Shown here piece after piece: positions 13,001 to 25,668 of a DNA stretch of 64,000 bases. Source of the DNA: Nemertoderma westbladi (lineage: Eukaryota > Animalia > Xenacoelomorpha); the NCBI GenBank assembly GCA_032718475.1, contig JAUCBJ010008784.1:19530-83529 (forward strand), read 5' to 3'. Below the pieces are notes generated by a model, which was not told the DNA's origin, made no database searches, and saw only the letters and a list, made by a program, of their open reading frames with translations. The stretch's first letter is position 1. The number at the start of each line of letters is the position of its first letter. Both the position numbers and the translations under genes were made by a program.

Positions 13001-14436
13001 CTGGCATTGATTGATCCACCCTGATATGCACTGCGGAACTGTGTACTGGCATCGATTGATCCACCCTGATAGGCACTGCGGAACTGTGTACTGGCATTGA
13101 TTGATCCACCCTGATAGGTACTGCGGAACTGTGTACTGGCATCGATTGATCCACCCTGATAGGCACTGCGGAACTGTGTACTGGCATTGATTGATCCACC
13201 CTGATATGCACTGCGGAACTGTGTACTGGCATCGATTGATCCACCCTGATAGGCACTGCGGAACTGTGTACTGGCATTGATTGATCCACCCTGATAGGTA
13301 CTGCGGAACTGTGTACTGGCATTGATTGATCCACCCTGATAGGTACTGCGGAACTGTGTACTGGCATCGATTGGTCCACCCTGATAGGCACTGCGGAACT
13401 GTGTACTGGCATTGATTGATCCACCCTGATATGCACTGCGGAACTGTGTACTGGCATCGATTGATCCACCCTGATAGGCACTGCGGAACTGTGTACTGGC
13501 ATTGATTGATCCACCCTGATAGGCACTGAGGAACTGTGTACTGGCATTGATTGATCCACCCTGATAGGCACTGCGGAACTGTGTACTGGCATTGATTGAT
13601 CCACCCTGATAGGCAGTGCGGAACTGTGTACTGGCATTGATTGATCCACCCTGATAGGCAGTGCGGAACTGTGTACTGGCATTGATTGATCCACCCTGAT
13701 AGGCAGTGCGGAACTGTGTACTGGCATTGATTGATCCACCCTGATAGGCACTGCGGAACTGTGTACTGGCATTGATTGATCCACCCTGATAGGCACTGCG
13801 GAACTGTGTACTGGCATTGATTGATCCACCCTGATAGGCACTGCGGAACTGTGTACTGGCATTGATTGATCCACCCTGATAGGCAGTGCGGAACTGTGTA
13901 CTGGCATTGATTGATCCACCCTGATAGGCAGTGCGGAACTGTGTACTGGCATTGATTGATCCACCCTGATAGGCAGTGCGGAACTGTGTACTGGCATTGA
14001 TTGATCCACCCTGATAGGCACTGCGGAACTGTGTACTGGCATTGATTGATCCACCCTGATAGGCACTGCGGAACTGTGTACTGGCATTGATTGATCCACC
14101 CTGATAGGCAGTGCGGAACTGTGTACTGGCATTGATTGATCCACCCTGATAGGCAGTGCGGAACTGTGTACTGGCATTGATTGATCCACCCTGATAGGCA
14201 GTGCGGAACTGTGTACTGGCATTGATTGATCCACCCTGATAGGCAGTGCGGAACTGTGTACTGGCATTGATTGATCCACCCTGATAGGCACTGCGGAACT
14301 GTGTACTGGCATTGATTGATCCACCCTGATAGGCACTGCGGAACTGTGTACTGGCATTGATTGATCCACCCTGATAGGCACTGCGGAACTGTGTACTGGC
14401 ATTGATTGATCCACCCTGATAGGCACTGCGGAACTG
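10034..14436. repeat. 45-bp tandem satellite (~98 copies) in the PSMD13 intron
   Basis: Unit attgattgatccaccctgataggcactgcggaactgtgtactggc. Confidence 0.98.
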
Positions 14437-14844
14437 ATCGTAGCGACTCATTTCACGTCCTTTATCAACTTGATTCGTTTTTTTTTTCAATTTTTTTCAT
14501 TCCAGAATAATCCCATAATATTGTGTGATTGTTAAAACTTTATCCATGAATTCGTAATTGTATTACAATCATTACCAAAAATTATTACCGAAAATACGTT
14601 ACAAATCATTACAATTTGTAATGGATTGTAACGCATTTTTCGTAATAATTAGTTTAATGGATGTTTATTGAATTGAATACAAAATATTTCCGAATATAAT
14701 AAAAGGAATTACAATAATTATAAATATTGTAATAATTGTATTTCATTCACATTATTACATATTATATTTAATTAATTTATCTCTAATAGAACTGCTAACT
14801 GCTAGAATTACTTTCTGCTTTCGACTATAAAATTGTCCACAAGC

Positions 14845-14977
14845 TAGCGTTACGTTACTACTAGGGGGGAAGGGGGGGGGGGGGGGGGTCAAAAACACAT
14901 GTTACTATGTGTTACAAGGGGTGGGGGGGGGGGGGTGGGTCAAAAAATGACGTTACGTAATATGTGAACAGCCCCTT
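14845..14977. mobile_element. Partial MITE-like end with poly-G tracts
   Basis: ...tgacgttacgtaatatgtgaacagcccctta plus G-runs resembles invertebrate MITE termini; no partner TIR found. Confidence 0.3.
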
Positions 14978-15120
14978 ACTGCCTTAAAAAAGTTACGTAA
15001 TCAAATGTGAAACCGGAATGTAATTCAGTAATTAATTAACATAGACAGATATTATTATTATTATGTTAATAAACCGTTGGCCGACTGGCCGTAGGTATTT
15101 ATTTAGACCTATTGACTTAC

Positions 15121-15525
15121 CTTAGCTGAATTGCGATCGCCTTCTTCCATCCGCTGTAGTTTCAGCACCGCCATCGTTGTCAGTATCAACGCTCTCGCCT
15201 GCTCGTTCGGTCGCACAGCGTGGATCTTCTCCTCGAGGAAACCCACCGCCTGTTCGTGGTCCCCAATACATCGACCGATCGCGCAGCATATCTGCGCCAA
15301 ACTCAGTTTATTTATTCGGTTCTGCAGCTCCTTCAGTAGACATTGGTCCGCGTAGAACTGCAGTAGATCATCCGGGGCCGAGTCCGCTATCACGATCAGT
15401 AGCTGCTCGGTCAGCTGGTGCCAAAGTTTCTTGGTGTAGAAGTTTTCTATTTCGTTCCAGTACGTAGAGTGTTTCTCGTCAGACTCTTTCCGACTCGCAA
15501 GGAAATCCAAAACGTTTTTATCCAT
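15121..15525 (-). CDS. PSMD13: PSMD13 exon 1
   Basis: FYTKKLWHQLT and RINKLSL motifs. Donor AAG|GTAAGT at 15121/15120, phase 0. Confidence 0.92.
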
Positions 15526-15853
15526 ATTCCTGTCAGACTTCAGATATTCCTGTATTCTCTAAGGGTCTAATCAGCTAATCCAGTAATCCAAAACAAAAGC
15601 CAACCAACTGACAAATAAATAGCGCTATAACCCAGCAGATACTGAGATAGGAAATGTCTCATTAACGGCAGGGAGAAGGAGACTTATTACTGTTGTAATT
15701 GATGAATTTGGAATTGATGAGCATGAGATTTCTCAATTTAAGATTTTATATAGGCCTACCTGCAGACCTGTATCTGGTATCTGTGTATACTGCAGCACTG
15801 AGATACCGGTAGGCCTATAGGCAGATAGGTGAGGTGATAGGCCCCATCTAACC

Positions 15854-17505
15854 GGGTATATCTTTTGCGTAGAGGTATAGCCTACATAGAGGCTACATGT
15901 AGGTATGTGTAGCCTACATGTAGATGCACGTGTAGGGTGAATGTAGGTAGGTGTAGGTAGGTCTTTAAAAACAACAATGATGAATGAATAGGCCTACACG
16001 GGGTACCCGGACCCGAACTTCCTCGATGAGATGCGAATGCGGCGAACGGGGGTGGTACCCGGAACAACCACGAAGAGATGCGCATATGGCGGGCGGTGGT
16101 ACCCGAAACAACCAGGAGGAGATGCGAATACGTCGAATGGGGGTCCCCTGAATACCCACGAGACGGAGCCTATCAATACTACAGTACTGACAAAGGAAAA
16201 AACGACTGAACGATATACCGATACATACTGTAGATCTTATGATCCTGCGGGTTCAGGCATGGAGGCTAATGACTTTGTATGGGCCGAACGGCCCGAACCT
16301 GATGTTTCCAGTCAAGGAGGAATCGACTAACGGTTAGGGTTAGAGCTCGTCGTCGGTGTCCATGAGGGTCTGAGGATGAGTGGGTAATTCAACAAAACGC
16401 TAACAATGATACCGGACTGACTGATTGAACCAGAGTGGCGATGGTAGTCGCTGATGTATATATATTATATATATCATGTATTGATTGTTAGTAGATATTT
16501 TTTTATAGTATTTGTTTATTAAATTGTCTTCAATGTCTATATTGATAATATTGTGTGCTGTGCTGATTTTACTTATTTTTCATTTTATAAATCTTGCTGT
16601 GGCCGTTTTAATCTACTAAACTGCCGTATCAATTTCATGATATTTTAATGGATATGCAATTTAACTTCTTCTTTCTATTAACTTTCAATGCAATCAAATA
16701 TAACTGTAAAGCTATTGACTTTCGTGTTATTGTTTTGCTGTTACTTCGAGATGGGATTTGAATCCCATCGGATTACTGATTAATTCCCATCATCGAGATG
16801 GGAATACTTTATAATGAAACAGTGTGGTGGTCCGCGGGATAGTGGGAAGGGATGGGACTGTTGCTGGTTGGTGGAATGTGACTGCCTGAAAAATTAAAAC
16901 AAACAAAACTTCCAGACTTCTATATTTTTACTTTCAAAACAAAACGTCCAAAACATTTCAATGCTGAAGTACTGTTCAAGTCCCATGGATGTATGGTTGA
17001 TAAACAGATAAAGAGGGGCAGAGGGGGGTCAGGGTTTCTGGTAGACTATAGTCCCCGCGATGATGGCTGTTCTTGTTTAGGTTACTCTTACTCAATAAAC
17101 ATATAAATCAGAACGAGTTAATCTAATGGAACGATGCCTTTCGTGGCGTTAGCATACTCAAATTTATTAGGGCATAATATTTATGACGAGTAAGGGACTT
17201 TAGTATAATCAGAACGCGATGTTTGATATTTATACAGTACTGCAGTATGCAGTAAAACCTGTTGTCTGACAGCAGACAGGTCTGCAGGTTGATGTACCGT
17301 ATTGTACCGTGGAGATCAGAGATTATTGCCATACATCCTGATTGACGACCGTGTATCACGTTACTGCAAGTTGACACATAAATTACATTAATATCTATGG
17401 GACTACACCTACCTACATTCACCCTACACGTGCATCTACATGTAGGCTACACATACCTACATGAAGCCTCTATGTAGGCTATACCTCTACGCAAAAGATA
17501 TACCC
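15854..17505. mobile_element. Non-autonomous Mutator/MULE-like DNA transposon
   Basis: 103-bp TIRs (15854-15956 and 17403-17505, one mismatch) starting GGG. 9-bp TSD CATCTAACC at 15845-15853 and 17506-17514. Confidence 0.85.
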
Positions 17506-17689
17506 CATCTAACCTGCTATAACAGCGTAATGACTAAGTTACTACAGTAGGCCTATAATAAGTACAGTAAACCACTGTTATATATATATATGTGTGCTAA
17601 AAAGAGTTTGATGTTAGTCTGTTATGAGTGTTATGTAGTACAGATGGAAGATTCGTTTGTTACCGCATAATGACCAGGAGTTCCATAAG

Positions 17690-18060
17690 TGGCTTTTTAC
17701 TTTATGCAGTTATGTTTGAAAACTTCAGTGTTCGGTCTCCTTATGGCGCCTGGCAGTTGGTTCCATAGGTTTGGGCCTAGATATGAGAAAGGTCATGAAG
17801 GTTGTTTTCCGGTGGCAGTTTGTTTATGAGGTACTGTTTACTGTACTCTGTACTGACTGACTGAAGACCGGGTGCTGCCGTCTGGCCATGGGCATGGCGT
17901 CTGGCGTGGCCGCCGATGTATAAGTGTATAAGGTTCTGAAAGTATTGGGGCGCTTTTCTATTGTATATGCAGTGGAAAGGATTAGTTGGTGTGTACGTTG
18001 AGTAATTAGTGATTGGAATTCCAATTCCATTTAACACTGCTCTGAACCAGTCAGCCAGTG
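17690..18060 (-). mobile_element. Degenerate L2/CR1 LINE 3' remnant
   Basis: Minus-strand peptides KAPQYFQNLI and PNLWNQLPGAIR...FK, typical of LINE ORF2 C-termini. Confidence 0.55.
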
Positions 18061-18223
18061 TAGTGCTAAGTTCGCTCCTATAGTTTAATACTGAAACAAA
18101 TTCGGTACCGTAGAGGTACTGATGTCAGGCCTACATCAGTACTGTACCTATTCAGCTGACAGCAAGGACTACTGACTACTGCCCCGTAGTCCTTGCTGAC
18201 AGCTGACGATTACAGGCCTACAG

Positions 18224-18500
18224 ATAATAATAATAATAATAATAATATTGGTTATCTACAGTATATAGCGCTTTTATACGCTCGGCATACTCAAAGCGCT
18301 TTTATTATCATTACCCCAGCAAGCCAGGTTCCCATTATCCCGCTGGGTTGACGTAGGCACTAATGTCTTCTAATGTCTAAGTGTCTTGCCTAGGGACATA
18401 ACAGTGCGAAATTTCTACAGCCTTTAGTCGGATTCGAACCAGCGCCACCATGCACTATCGTGTAAGCAGTTCAGGCGCCGTATCCACACGGACACTGCGA
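18224..18500 (-). mobile_element. tRNA-derived SINE with L2-like tail
   Basis: B-box GGTTCGAATCC (18440-18430), core gtccctaggcaagacactta, tail aaagcgctttgag...aaagcgctatata followed by (TAT)n. Confidence 0.75.
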
Positions 18501-18899
18501 CAATTATGTATAATTCGTCCGGTGTTGTTAGAGGGTACCGGGACGATCAGGCTTCATGAATACCATAATTGCAATTTGTAATATTATTTTTATTAATCCA
18601 AATCAATTTAGAAAACTAATAATAAAACAAATTTGCAACTCGGTACTATGGGGCACTACAGTAGCCTATAGTGCTAAATATTCGGCTCCGAACTTTGGAC
18701 TAAGTTTGGTACTTACTAAATAAGGTAGTATATTACTTTCATTTAGTGCATTAAAGTAAGGCATTTAAGAATATTCCCACATAGCCCCATTTGTAAAAAC
18801 CAATTAAGGGGGGCTTTACCTTTTTTAGGATAAAAAATGCGAAATTAATTATTAACATTACTTTCCCCAAAAAAAGTGTTTCCCGACTTAAACAGACAG

Positions 18900-19290
18900 A
18901 TTAGATTTTGCCGAACATCAAAACTGACACCGGAAATGAAATCGGCTACCCCGAAAACCCCCATAATGGAAATGTTAGCTAGAATGTGTATTTTTGTATG
19001 TTGACAGGCATTCGAAAAGACAAAACGACCGACAAGACAGAGAGACAAACTGACAGGTAGACAGACAAAATTCAACCAAAAATCAAAACTGGCATCGGAA
19101 ATGAAATCAGCGATATGGAAAACCCCCAAAGCGAAACAAAGAAGCGTGTTTTATTATATTTTGACGACAAACCAAAAGACAGACAGACATTCCTACAGAC
19201 AGCCAGACAGATAGAGTTGATTTGTCCAAATTTGAAAACTGACATCAGAATTTGAAATAAAGCGACTACGAAAACCCCCAAATAGTGAAA
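18900..19290. repeat. Three copies of a dispersed-repeat motif (also at ~62110-62155), probable DNA-transposon remnant
   Basis: aaactgRcaYcRgaa.tgaaat...gc..c...gaaaaccccc interspersed with (agac)n. Confidence 0.55.
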
Positions 19291-19657
19291 ATTTCAGCTG
19301 TCTGCTTCCTTAAAATCATTCATAAATGACAAATTTAATTAATTCGTATCGGCAGTCACATACTGTAGAGACTGACTAATTTGCGCGGGAAGGTTCAAAC
19401 TTTAAATGAATTTTACTCAGAATATTTTTTCTCGTTTTTTGCTTCACGCAAAATCTATCTACTCCGTCATTTTTTACTCAATTCGTTTGAAACTTTCAGT
19501 GAAAGGTCTTGACATATTGACCAATAAAACTTGTAGAGAGAATTTTGAAATTTTCAGTGTAGGTTATATTTTGGGCCGATAATGTGAAAAAATGTTGGCC
19601 CGAAATAAAGTACATTATATTTTTTAGTTTATAATACTACCATGGTGTATTACTAGC

Positions 19658-19787
19658 ATGGTGGCCATCCCATGACTTTCTTGAGACGCATCTTAAAGGA
19701 CACTGGTCTTGAAAATGCTGATGATCTAGCAAATGTCATGGGTGATAGGGTGTTGTGGCGGCGCAATTTTGTCAACAAGCCGGCATA
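19658..19787 (+). mobile_element. RTE-clade LINE 3' fragment, left part (Polinton target site)
   Basis: Near-identical to 43434-43565; continues after the Polinton at 42484. Confidence 0.85.
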
Positions 19788-20192
19788 AGTAGTAGAAGAA
19801 GAATGGTCCTTGTCGTAAGTCCTCCCTAGCTTGGGCTATGGGCATACCACTCGGAGGGCTATTAAAAATGCCAAATTTTGATGCGCGCGCCATATGTCAC
19901 CATCGGCAGTTGCCATCAACCAATCGTAGCGTAGCTTAACCTCGCGATGCCCGCCTTACTCGACTGATTGACTAACCCTACGGTTATTCACCTTTTCGCC
20001 ACGTTACCACCACTGCCACGTTACCACCACCACTGTATACTGTATATGGTGACGACGTGGCCATCTACACGCATCACGCATATATTATATTATATCGATT
20101 GCCAACTCCTCGACTGCTGTCGCCAAATCAACAAACCAACCAGTATGATACATGAAATTCCACCACGTTCCAGCTACGCGTATACGAGCATT
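19788..20192 (+). repeat. Polinton left TIR (405 bp)
   Basis: Reverse complement of 42094-42477, apart from a 17-bp duplication, a 4-bp indel and some substitutions. Confidence 0.95.
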
Positions 20193-20274
20193 AGTGATTA
20201 TTATTATTACGCAGAACCAAATAATTTTTGATTATACAGTAGTTCCCTACCGGTTAATCAACCAATCAATCAAT

Positions 20275-23200
20275 CGATACATAAGCTGTAGGCCTGCCGA
20301 CAATAAGACCAAGAAAGATACCGGTACTAGGCCTATACAGTTTTTATCCCTGAGTCAGACTACAGCCAGACAGCACAAATGTTCCCGCTCTTAATCTCCA
20401 CAGTTTTCATCGTTCTGGGCCGTTTCGTTGTGGCAGAACCATCCGATCCGCGGGGTAACCCTGCAACCCACCCAATACCCGTATTGGACTGGTTTGCGGA
20501 ACACCCTGTCGCTACCGTTTAGAACTGCCGCGCCGAATCGACGGAGATGTGGTCGACGAGTGGATTTAGCCTCTACTGCTCTCGTCGGGGAAGAAGATCT
20601 TGGGTCTCCTCTCCACGATCTAGAGGCCTAATCGCTAAACTCTGTCTACTGCGTCTCTGGCTGGGGATATTGAGACCAACCCAGGACCCAGCAGGACGCG
20701 GGCCCCGAAGATCAACTGTCCCGTCTGTCAACGAGGAACAAACTCTCGGAGTAAGATCGTCCAATGCGAGAGTTGTGACACATTTGTACATTTAAAATGT
20801 TACCGTAGGAAACGCAGTAATTTATTCTCCACCAGAACAGCAGAAACAATCTTGAACCAAGTTTTCTCTGCAATAGCTGTATTTTTACCGAACTTCCCTT
20901 TCATGATACAATTTTAGAATCAGAAACCGACGATTCATTTCTCACATCGCCTCTGCAAACTCCAAGTGATGCTGAGAGTGAAACTTTTAATTTTTTTAAG
21001 AAAAAAGGTCTGCATTTTTTGCACTTAAACGCACGATCTCTGCTTCCAAAACTTTCCGAAATTCGTATTTTAATCAATAAATCCAACCCAGCAGTTTTAA
21101 CAATCTCTGAAACTTGGCTCGATGATAGTGTTTCTGATATGGAGAAATTTATATTGATAATTACGTAGTTTTACGTAAGGATAGGGACAGACACGGTGGT
21201 GGTGTCTGTACTTACATTCGATGTGATTTAGCTTTTAATCGTAGGGAAGATTTAGAGACTTGTGACGAAGTTTTACTGGTGGAACTTTTACTTCCTAAAA
21301 CTAAACCTATTTTAATCGGTACCTTATATCGGCCCCCTAAACAATCAGATTTTTTGCAAAATTTTGAAAATACAATTTTATGTAATCTTAGGTCAGACTG
21401 TGAAATATATTTCTTAGGTGATTTTAATATCTGTTACCATCACAAAGCATCCCCCATCTGTAAACAGTACCAAAGTATTTTAAATTTGTTTGGTTTAAAA
21501 CAAATTATTCGAGATTCTACCAGAATAACCAGTAAAACTTCTACTTTACTAGATCACATCCTTTGTAATAATACCGATATTATTTCTCAATCTGGGGTTT
21601 TACCTATAGGTCTAAGCGATCATTTTATAGTTTTTTGCACAAGAAAGACACAAAAATCTTTTTTCGGGGATCATAAAACAGTAACAGTTAGGTCTATGAA
21701 AAATTACAGCAAGGAACGCTTTTTAAGTTTGTTAGTTAATTCTGACTGGGAACCCTGTTTTAAGGCCGCTGACATTAACCTTGCGTACACTGTTTTTAAA
21801 GATATATTTTTAAAGGCACTTAATACTGTAGCACCAATTAAAGAAATTAGTCTTAAACAACGCACTGAGCCCTGGATGACCTCGGGTATTCTTAGTAATA
21901 TCAGAGAAAGAGATAACTATTTGTATAAATTTAGGAAATACCGTGTTTTAGCTGATTATAATAATTACTGCAAATATAGAAACCTTGTCCAACGGGAAAT
22001 AAAAAAAGCTAAATCTGAATATTTGTACAACAAAATAAGTGAGAATAAAGATAATCCTAAAAGTCTATGGTCTACCCTAAAATCGTTAGGTTATAAAAAC
22101 CTTAAATCTAAATCGAATATTGTTCTGCAAGATAACGGTGAGCTGATTCATGATCATACTCTAGTTAGTAATTTATTTAATAATTATTTTACTAATGTTG
22201 CCTCTAATTTAGTTAAGAAATTACCGTTATCAAGTAATAAATATAGTATAGGGTCTGAAACTCTAAATAATTTTTATTTAGAAAAGTTACAAAATTCAGA
22301 AAAGTTATTTTTAAAACCCGTTTCTGAGGATTTCGTTTTTAAAAATCTACTTAGCCTATCAGCCTCAAAAAGTACCGGTCTAGATCTAATACCTGCCCGT
22401 TTTCTTAAGGATGGTGCTGAAGTACTTAAAGTGCCTATTACTTTTATTATTAATTACTCTATCGTAGATAATGTAGTACCAGACGAACTGAAATTAGCTA
22501 AGGTTGTTCCTCTGTATAAAAAGAATAGTAAAGTAGAACCCTGTAATTACAGACCTGTTAGTATCTTAAGTATTATATCTAAAATTCTAGAACGTTCTGT
22601 TTTTCTACAGCTGGAGGCACATCTTAGTAGGCTAAATCTGATCTATGAACTTCAGTCCGGTTTTCGTAAATCATATTCTACAGACACCTGCCTTATTAAC
22701 TTAACTGATACAATTAGATGTAATAACGCAAAGGGTTTATATACTGGTATGGTAATGTTGGACCTACAAAAGGCTTTCGATACTGTAGATCACGAAATTC
22801 TGCTTGGTAAGTTAGGCCTGATGGGTGTAGGTTCTATAGACTGGTTCAAGTCCTACCTGTCAGACAGAGGTCAAACTGTAGTCATTAGCAAATCGCTGTC
22901 TACTGTACAAGAGATTACCTGTGGTGTACCGCAAGGTAGTATATTAGGTCCTCTGCTTTTTGTATGCTATGTAAATGATATGATAAGTAGTATAGATCCC
23001 GATTTTAAACTCATTTTATATGCCGACGACAGTGCTCTTATTTTCTCTCATAAAGATCCTATCCATATTTCCCAAAAGTTAAGTGCAGTTCTAGAATCCT
23101 GTAATGAGTGGTTGGTTGATAATAAGCTATCCATTCACTACGGTAAAACTGAAAGTATTTTGTTTGGTTCCAAAAGAAAGTTAAAGAAGGTAACTAAGTT

Positions 23201-24212
23201 TGAAGTCACTAGTAATGGACATAAGATTGAAAATAAAAAGGAAGTTAAATATTTAGGCGCCACATTGGATAACTGCTTATCAGGAGAAAGTACAGTGAAA
23301 AATATTTTCTCGAAAGTTAACAGTAGGCTTAGGTTTCTATACAGAAATAAAAATAGTTTGAACACTGACTCCCGCAAGTTACTTTGCTCTTCTTTAATAC
23401 AATGTCACATGGACTATGCATGCACTTCTTGGTATGAAGGCTTAACCAAACAGCTTAAATGTAAATTACAAGTAGCTCAGAATAAAGTAGTACGATTTAT
23501 TAAAGACTACAAACCTAGGCACCACCTAACTCCAGATGACTTTTCTGAATCTGGACTACTTAACTTAGATAGTAGAGTTAAGCAGCTACGCCTTAACCAT
23601 GTGCATAAAGTGTATAATGGTGAATGTCCCAATTACCTAAAACAAAAATTCAACAGAGTTCGCGATACACACTCTTACAGTACCAGAGCTAGTGCTTCAA
23701 ACTTCTACCTCCCGAATTGTAAATCCTTTGAATCTGATACTTTCTTTTTTAACGGCATAAAAAATTGGAACGCTCTGCCTAATGAAATTAAAAACCTAGA
23801 TAATCAACATTCTTTTAAATCTGCAGTTAAATCTCACCTCCGAGTGCAATGTAAAAATAGGTACAATAGTCATACAGTAAGTTATTAGTTTATTAATTAT
23901 TTACTATTTATACTGTAATTACGTTTTATAATAAATTGTTCTGTACATTACATCTTTATCGTTGAGTCGGACATTGTCACGCTCTCGGTAAAGTTGTACA
24001 TGTACATAGTGTAATTACGTTTTATATTGGTTTTAGGTTAGCGTAGTGTAATATTGTATTTGTAACCAAGTAACATAAAGGACCCCCTTGGAAATAAGCT
24101 GCAAAGCTTTAGGGGTAATCCTATATGTTATGTTGGACAATACCTTTATACCGGTACATTGTTTGGTGTATTTGTTATTGTTTTTACATAATGTATAAAT
24201 AAATCTATCTAT
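20275..24212 (+). mobile_element. CR1/L2-group LINE (Crack/Daphne-like) inserted in the Polinton; 5' boundary approximate
   Basis: PHD-APE-RT coding region, 3'UTR ggacccccttggaaataag, AATAAA followed by (TCTA)n tail. Possible but ambiguous AATCAAT TSD. Confidence 0.88.
20379..23888 (+). pseudogene. LINE ORF: hydrophobic leader, 2A-like motif, PHD finger, APE endonuclease, reverse transcriptase (one stop and ~3 frameshifts in the 5' part)
   Basis: GDIETNPGP (20663-20689); CPVC..CESC..HLKC..CNSC; HLNARSL, ISETWL, GDFN, SDH; RT motifs [24 protein letters not shown]. 21279-23888 is an open frame. Confidence 0.88.
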
Positions 24213-24379
24213 AATCAATAAACCGAATTTAGGCTATTTCTCAGTTTAAGACCTGTATTATTTTTGAAAATATCTTATATATATAATCTCTTGCTTTAAT
24301 CACAATTAATCATTTGTAATGGTTTTAGTTTAAAAGTTTTTACTTTGTTTGTTTGATTTACAATAAAATAAATTAAATA

Positions 24380-24823
24380 ATGTCTTCTGATTCCGATATG
24401 GTTATGCCAATAGTAAGGCATTCATTTTTTGCAGAAGATGGTGAAGCCTATATTGTTATTGATTATACAATTTACCGTCGGGGAGATGATAAATATAAAA
24501 TTGAGTTTTCTGAAAAAGCCAGGAAAGTTTAAAGCTCAATTGATATTGATGCTTCTGATAATAGTATTCATCTCTTAGATTACATCCTGAAAGTTGAGCA
24601 TGAGGGAAAATTAATCAATATCTTACTATTATCCATGATAGAGGGGTTAATTGTTATTACACAATACAACAAAGCTGGTGAAAAGTTTGAAATACGGCTA
24701 AATCGGCATAGCCCCTACGAAATTATGTCTTTCTTTATTGTAATGATTTCAAAAGAATCCTTTGTCGAAACTGAAGAATCAACAGATAATGTTGAATATG
24801 TTGATAATATCATTGATTCTTGA
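24380..24823 (+). pseudogene. Polinton hypothetical ORF with an internal TAA
   Basis: ATG at 24380 is in frame with ORF 24635-24823; one stop near 24530. Confidence 0.45.
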
Positions 24824-25006
24824 CTTTTCCCACTATATTATGAATATTTTATGATTATTTATAAAATTTTGATGTTTTTAATTATGAAAAAAAAACATCA
24901 AATTTTAAATAATCGAAAATTGTAGTAGTAATTGCATATACAGTATAACAGATTTGTTTGTTGTGTATTGAGGTAATTATTTTCAATTTACTTTAAAATT
25001 TGGAAA

Positions 25007-25456
25007 ATGGATATTTTAAATGAAAAATGTCCAGTTTGCTATTCTAAGTTATTGCAACATCGAGATTATTATAAATGTGAAAATAAACATGCAACTTGCG
25101 TACAATGTATTGTACAATATTCCGAAATGAATAATTATTGTTCTAAAATTTGTCCTATTTGTCGCGCACCCATATCTAAGTTTAATATAAAGTTGGCAAG
25201 ATACCAACCCTATTATTGGAAAGAGCTTCGCAATATAACTTATATTTCTGCGGAAAGTAATGATCCGGGAGATTTATTTACAATATTGGAGAATATTTTT
25301 TATAGAAATGTAGTACGACGGTGTTGCTACTATATTCCTTATTTTTTTAGCAGCGAACATAAAAAAATCATTAGCGCAAAATTCTCGGGAAGTGATTTCC
25401 AAACCGCCGATGTTTCCTATCATTATTTCGCGTATAAAGACGCTCACCATGCTTGA
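25007..25456 (+). CDS. Polinton RING-finger protein (putative E3 ligase)
   Basis: CPVC-x12-C-x3-H-x2-CVQC-x14-CPICR, a C3HC4-like pattern. Confidence 0.75.
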   Translation: MDILNEKCPVCYSKLLQHRDYYKCENKHATCVQCIVQYSEMNNYCSKICPICRAPISKFNIKLARYQPYYWKELRNITYISAESNDPGDLFTILENIFYRNVVRRCCYYIPYFFSSEHKKIISAKFSGSDFQTADVSYHYFAYKDAHHA

Positions 25457-25668
25457 AAATGAGTCTATACTATAATTGGAAATAGCACCTTTTGTTGCAG
25501 CGAGCGTCACATACTGTAGTTGTATCATATGTTAATTAAATATACAGTACTCTAATATTATAGTTGCATCAATTATTATTATATACATAGTAATGGTGAT
25601 GGTTTATTGATATTGATATTTATATTATATTATATTGTATTGTTGATATATCTTAATAATAATAATAA

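Noticed and set aside
9987-14490. 1479-aa and 1489-aa repeat ORFs as real proteins
   Set aside because: By-products of a 45-bp (multiple of 3) unit lacking stops in two frames; they lie inside a canonical PSMD13 intron and lack ATG starts.
16332-16343. Telomeric TTAGGG seed
   Set aside because: Fewer than two full units; expected by chance.
18420-18500. tRNA gene
   Set aside because: A B-box is present but there is no complete cloverleaf; it continues into a SINE body and tail.
19968-20231. ORF MTNPTVIHLF... (mirrored at 42028-42297) as a gene
   Set aside because: It lies within the TIRs, has a non-ATG start, and the two copies differ by frameshifting indels.
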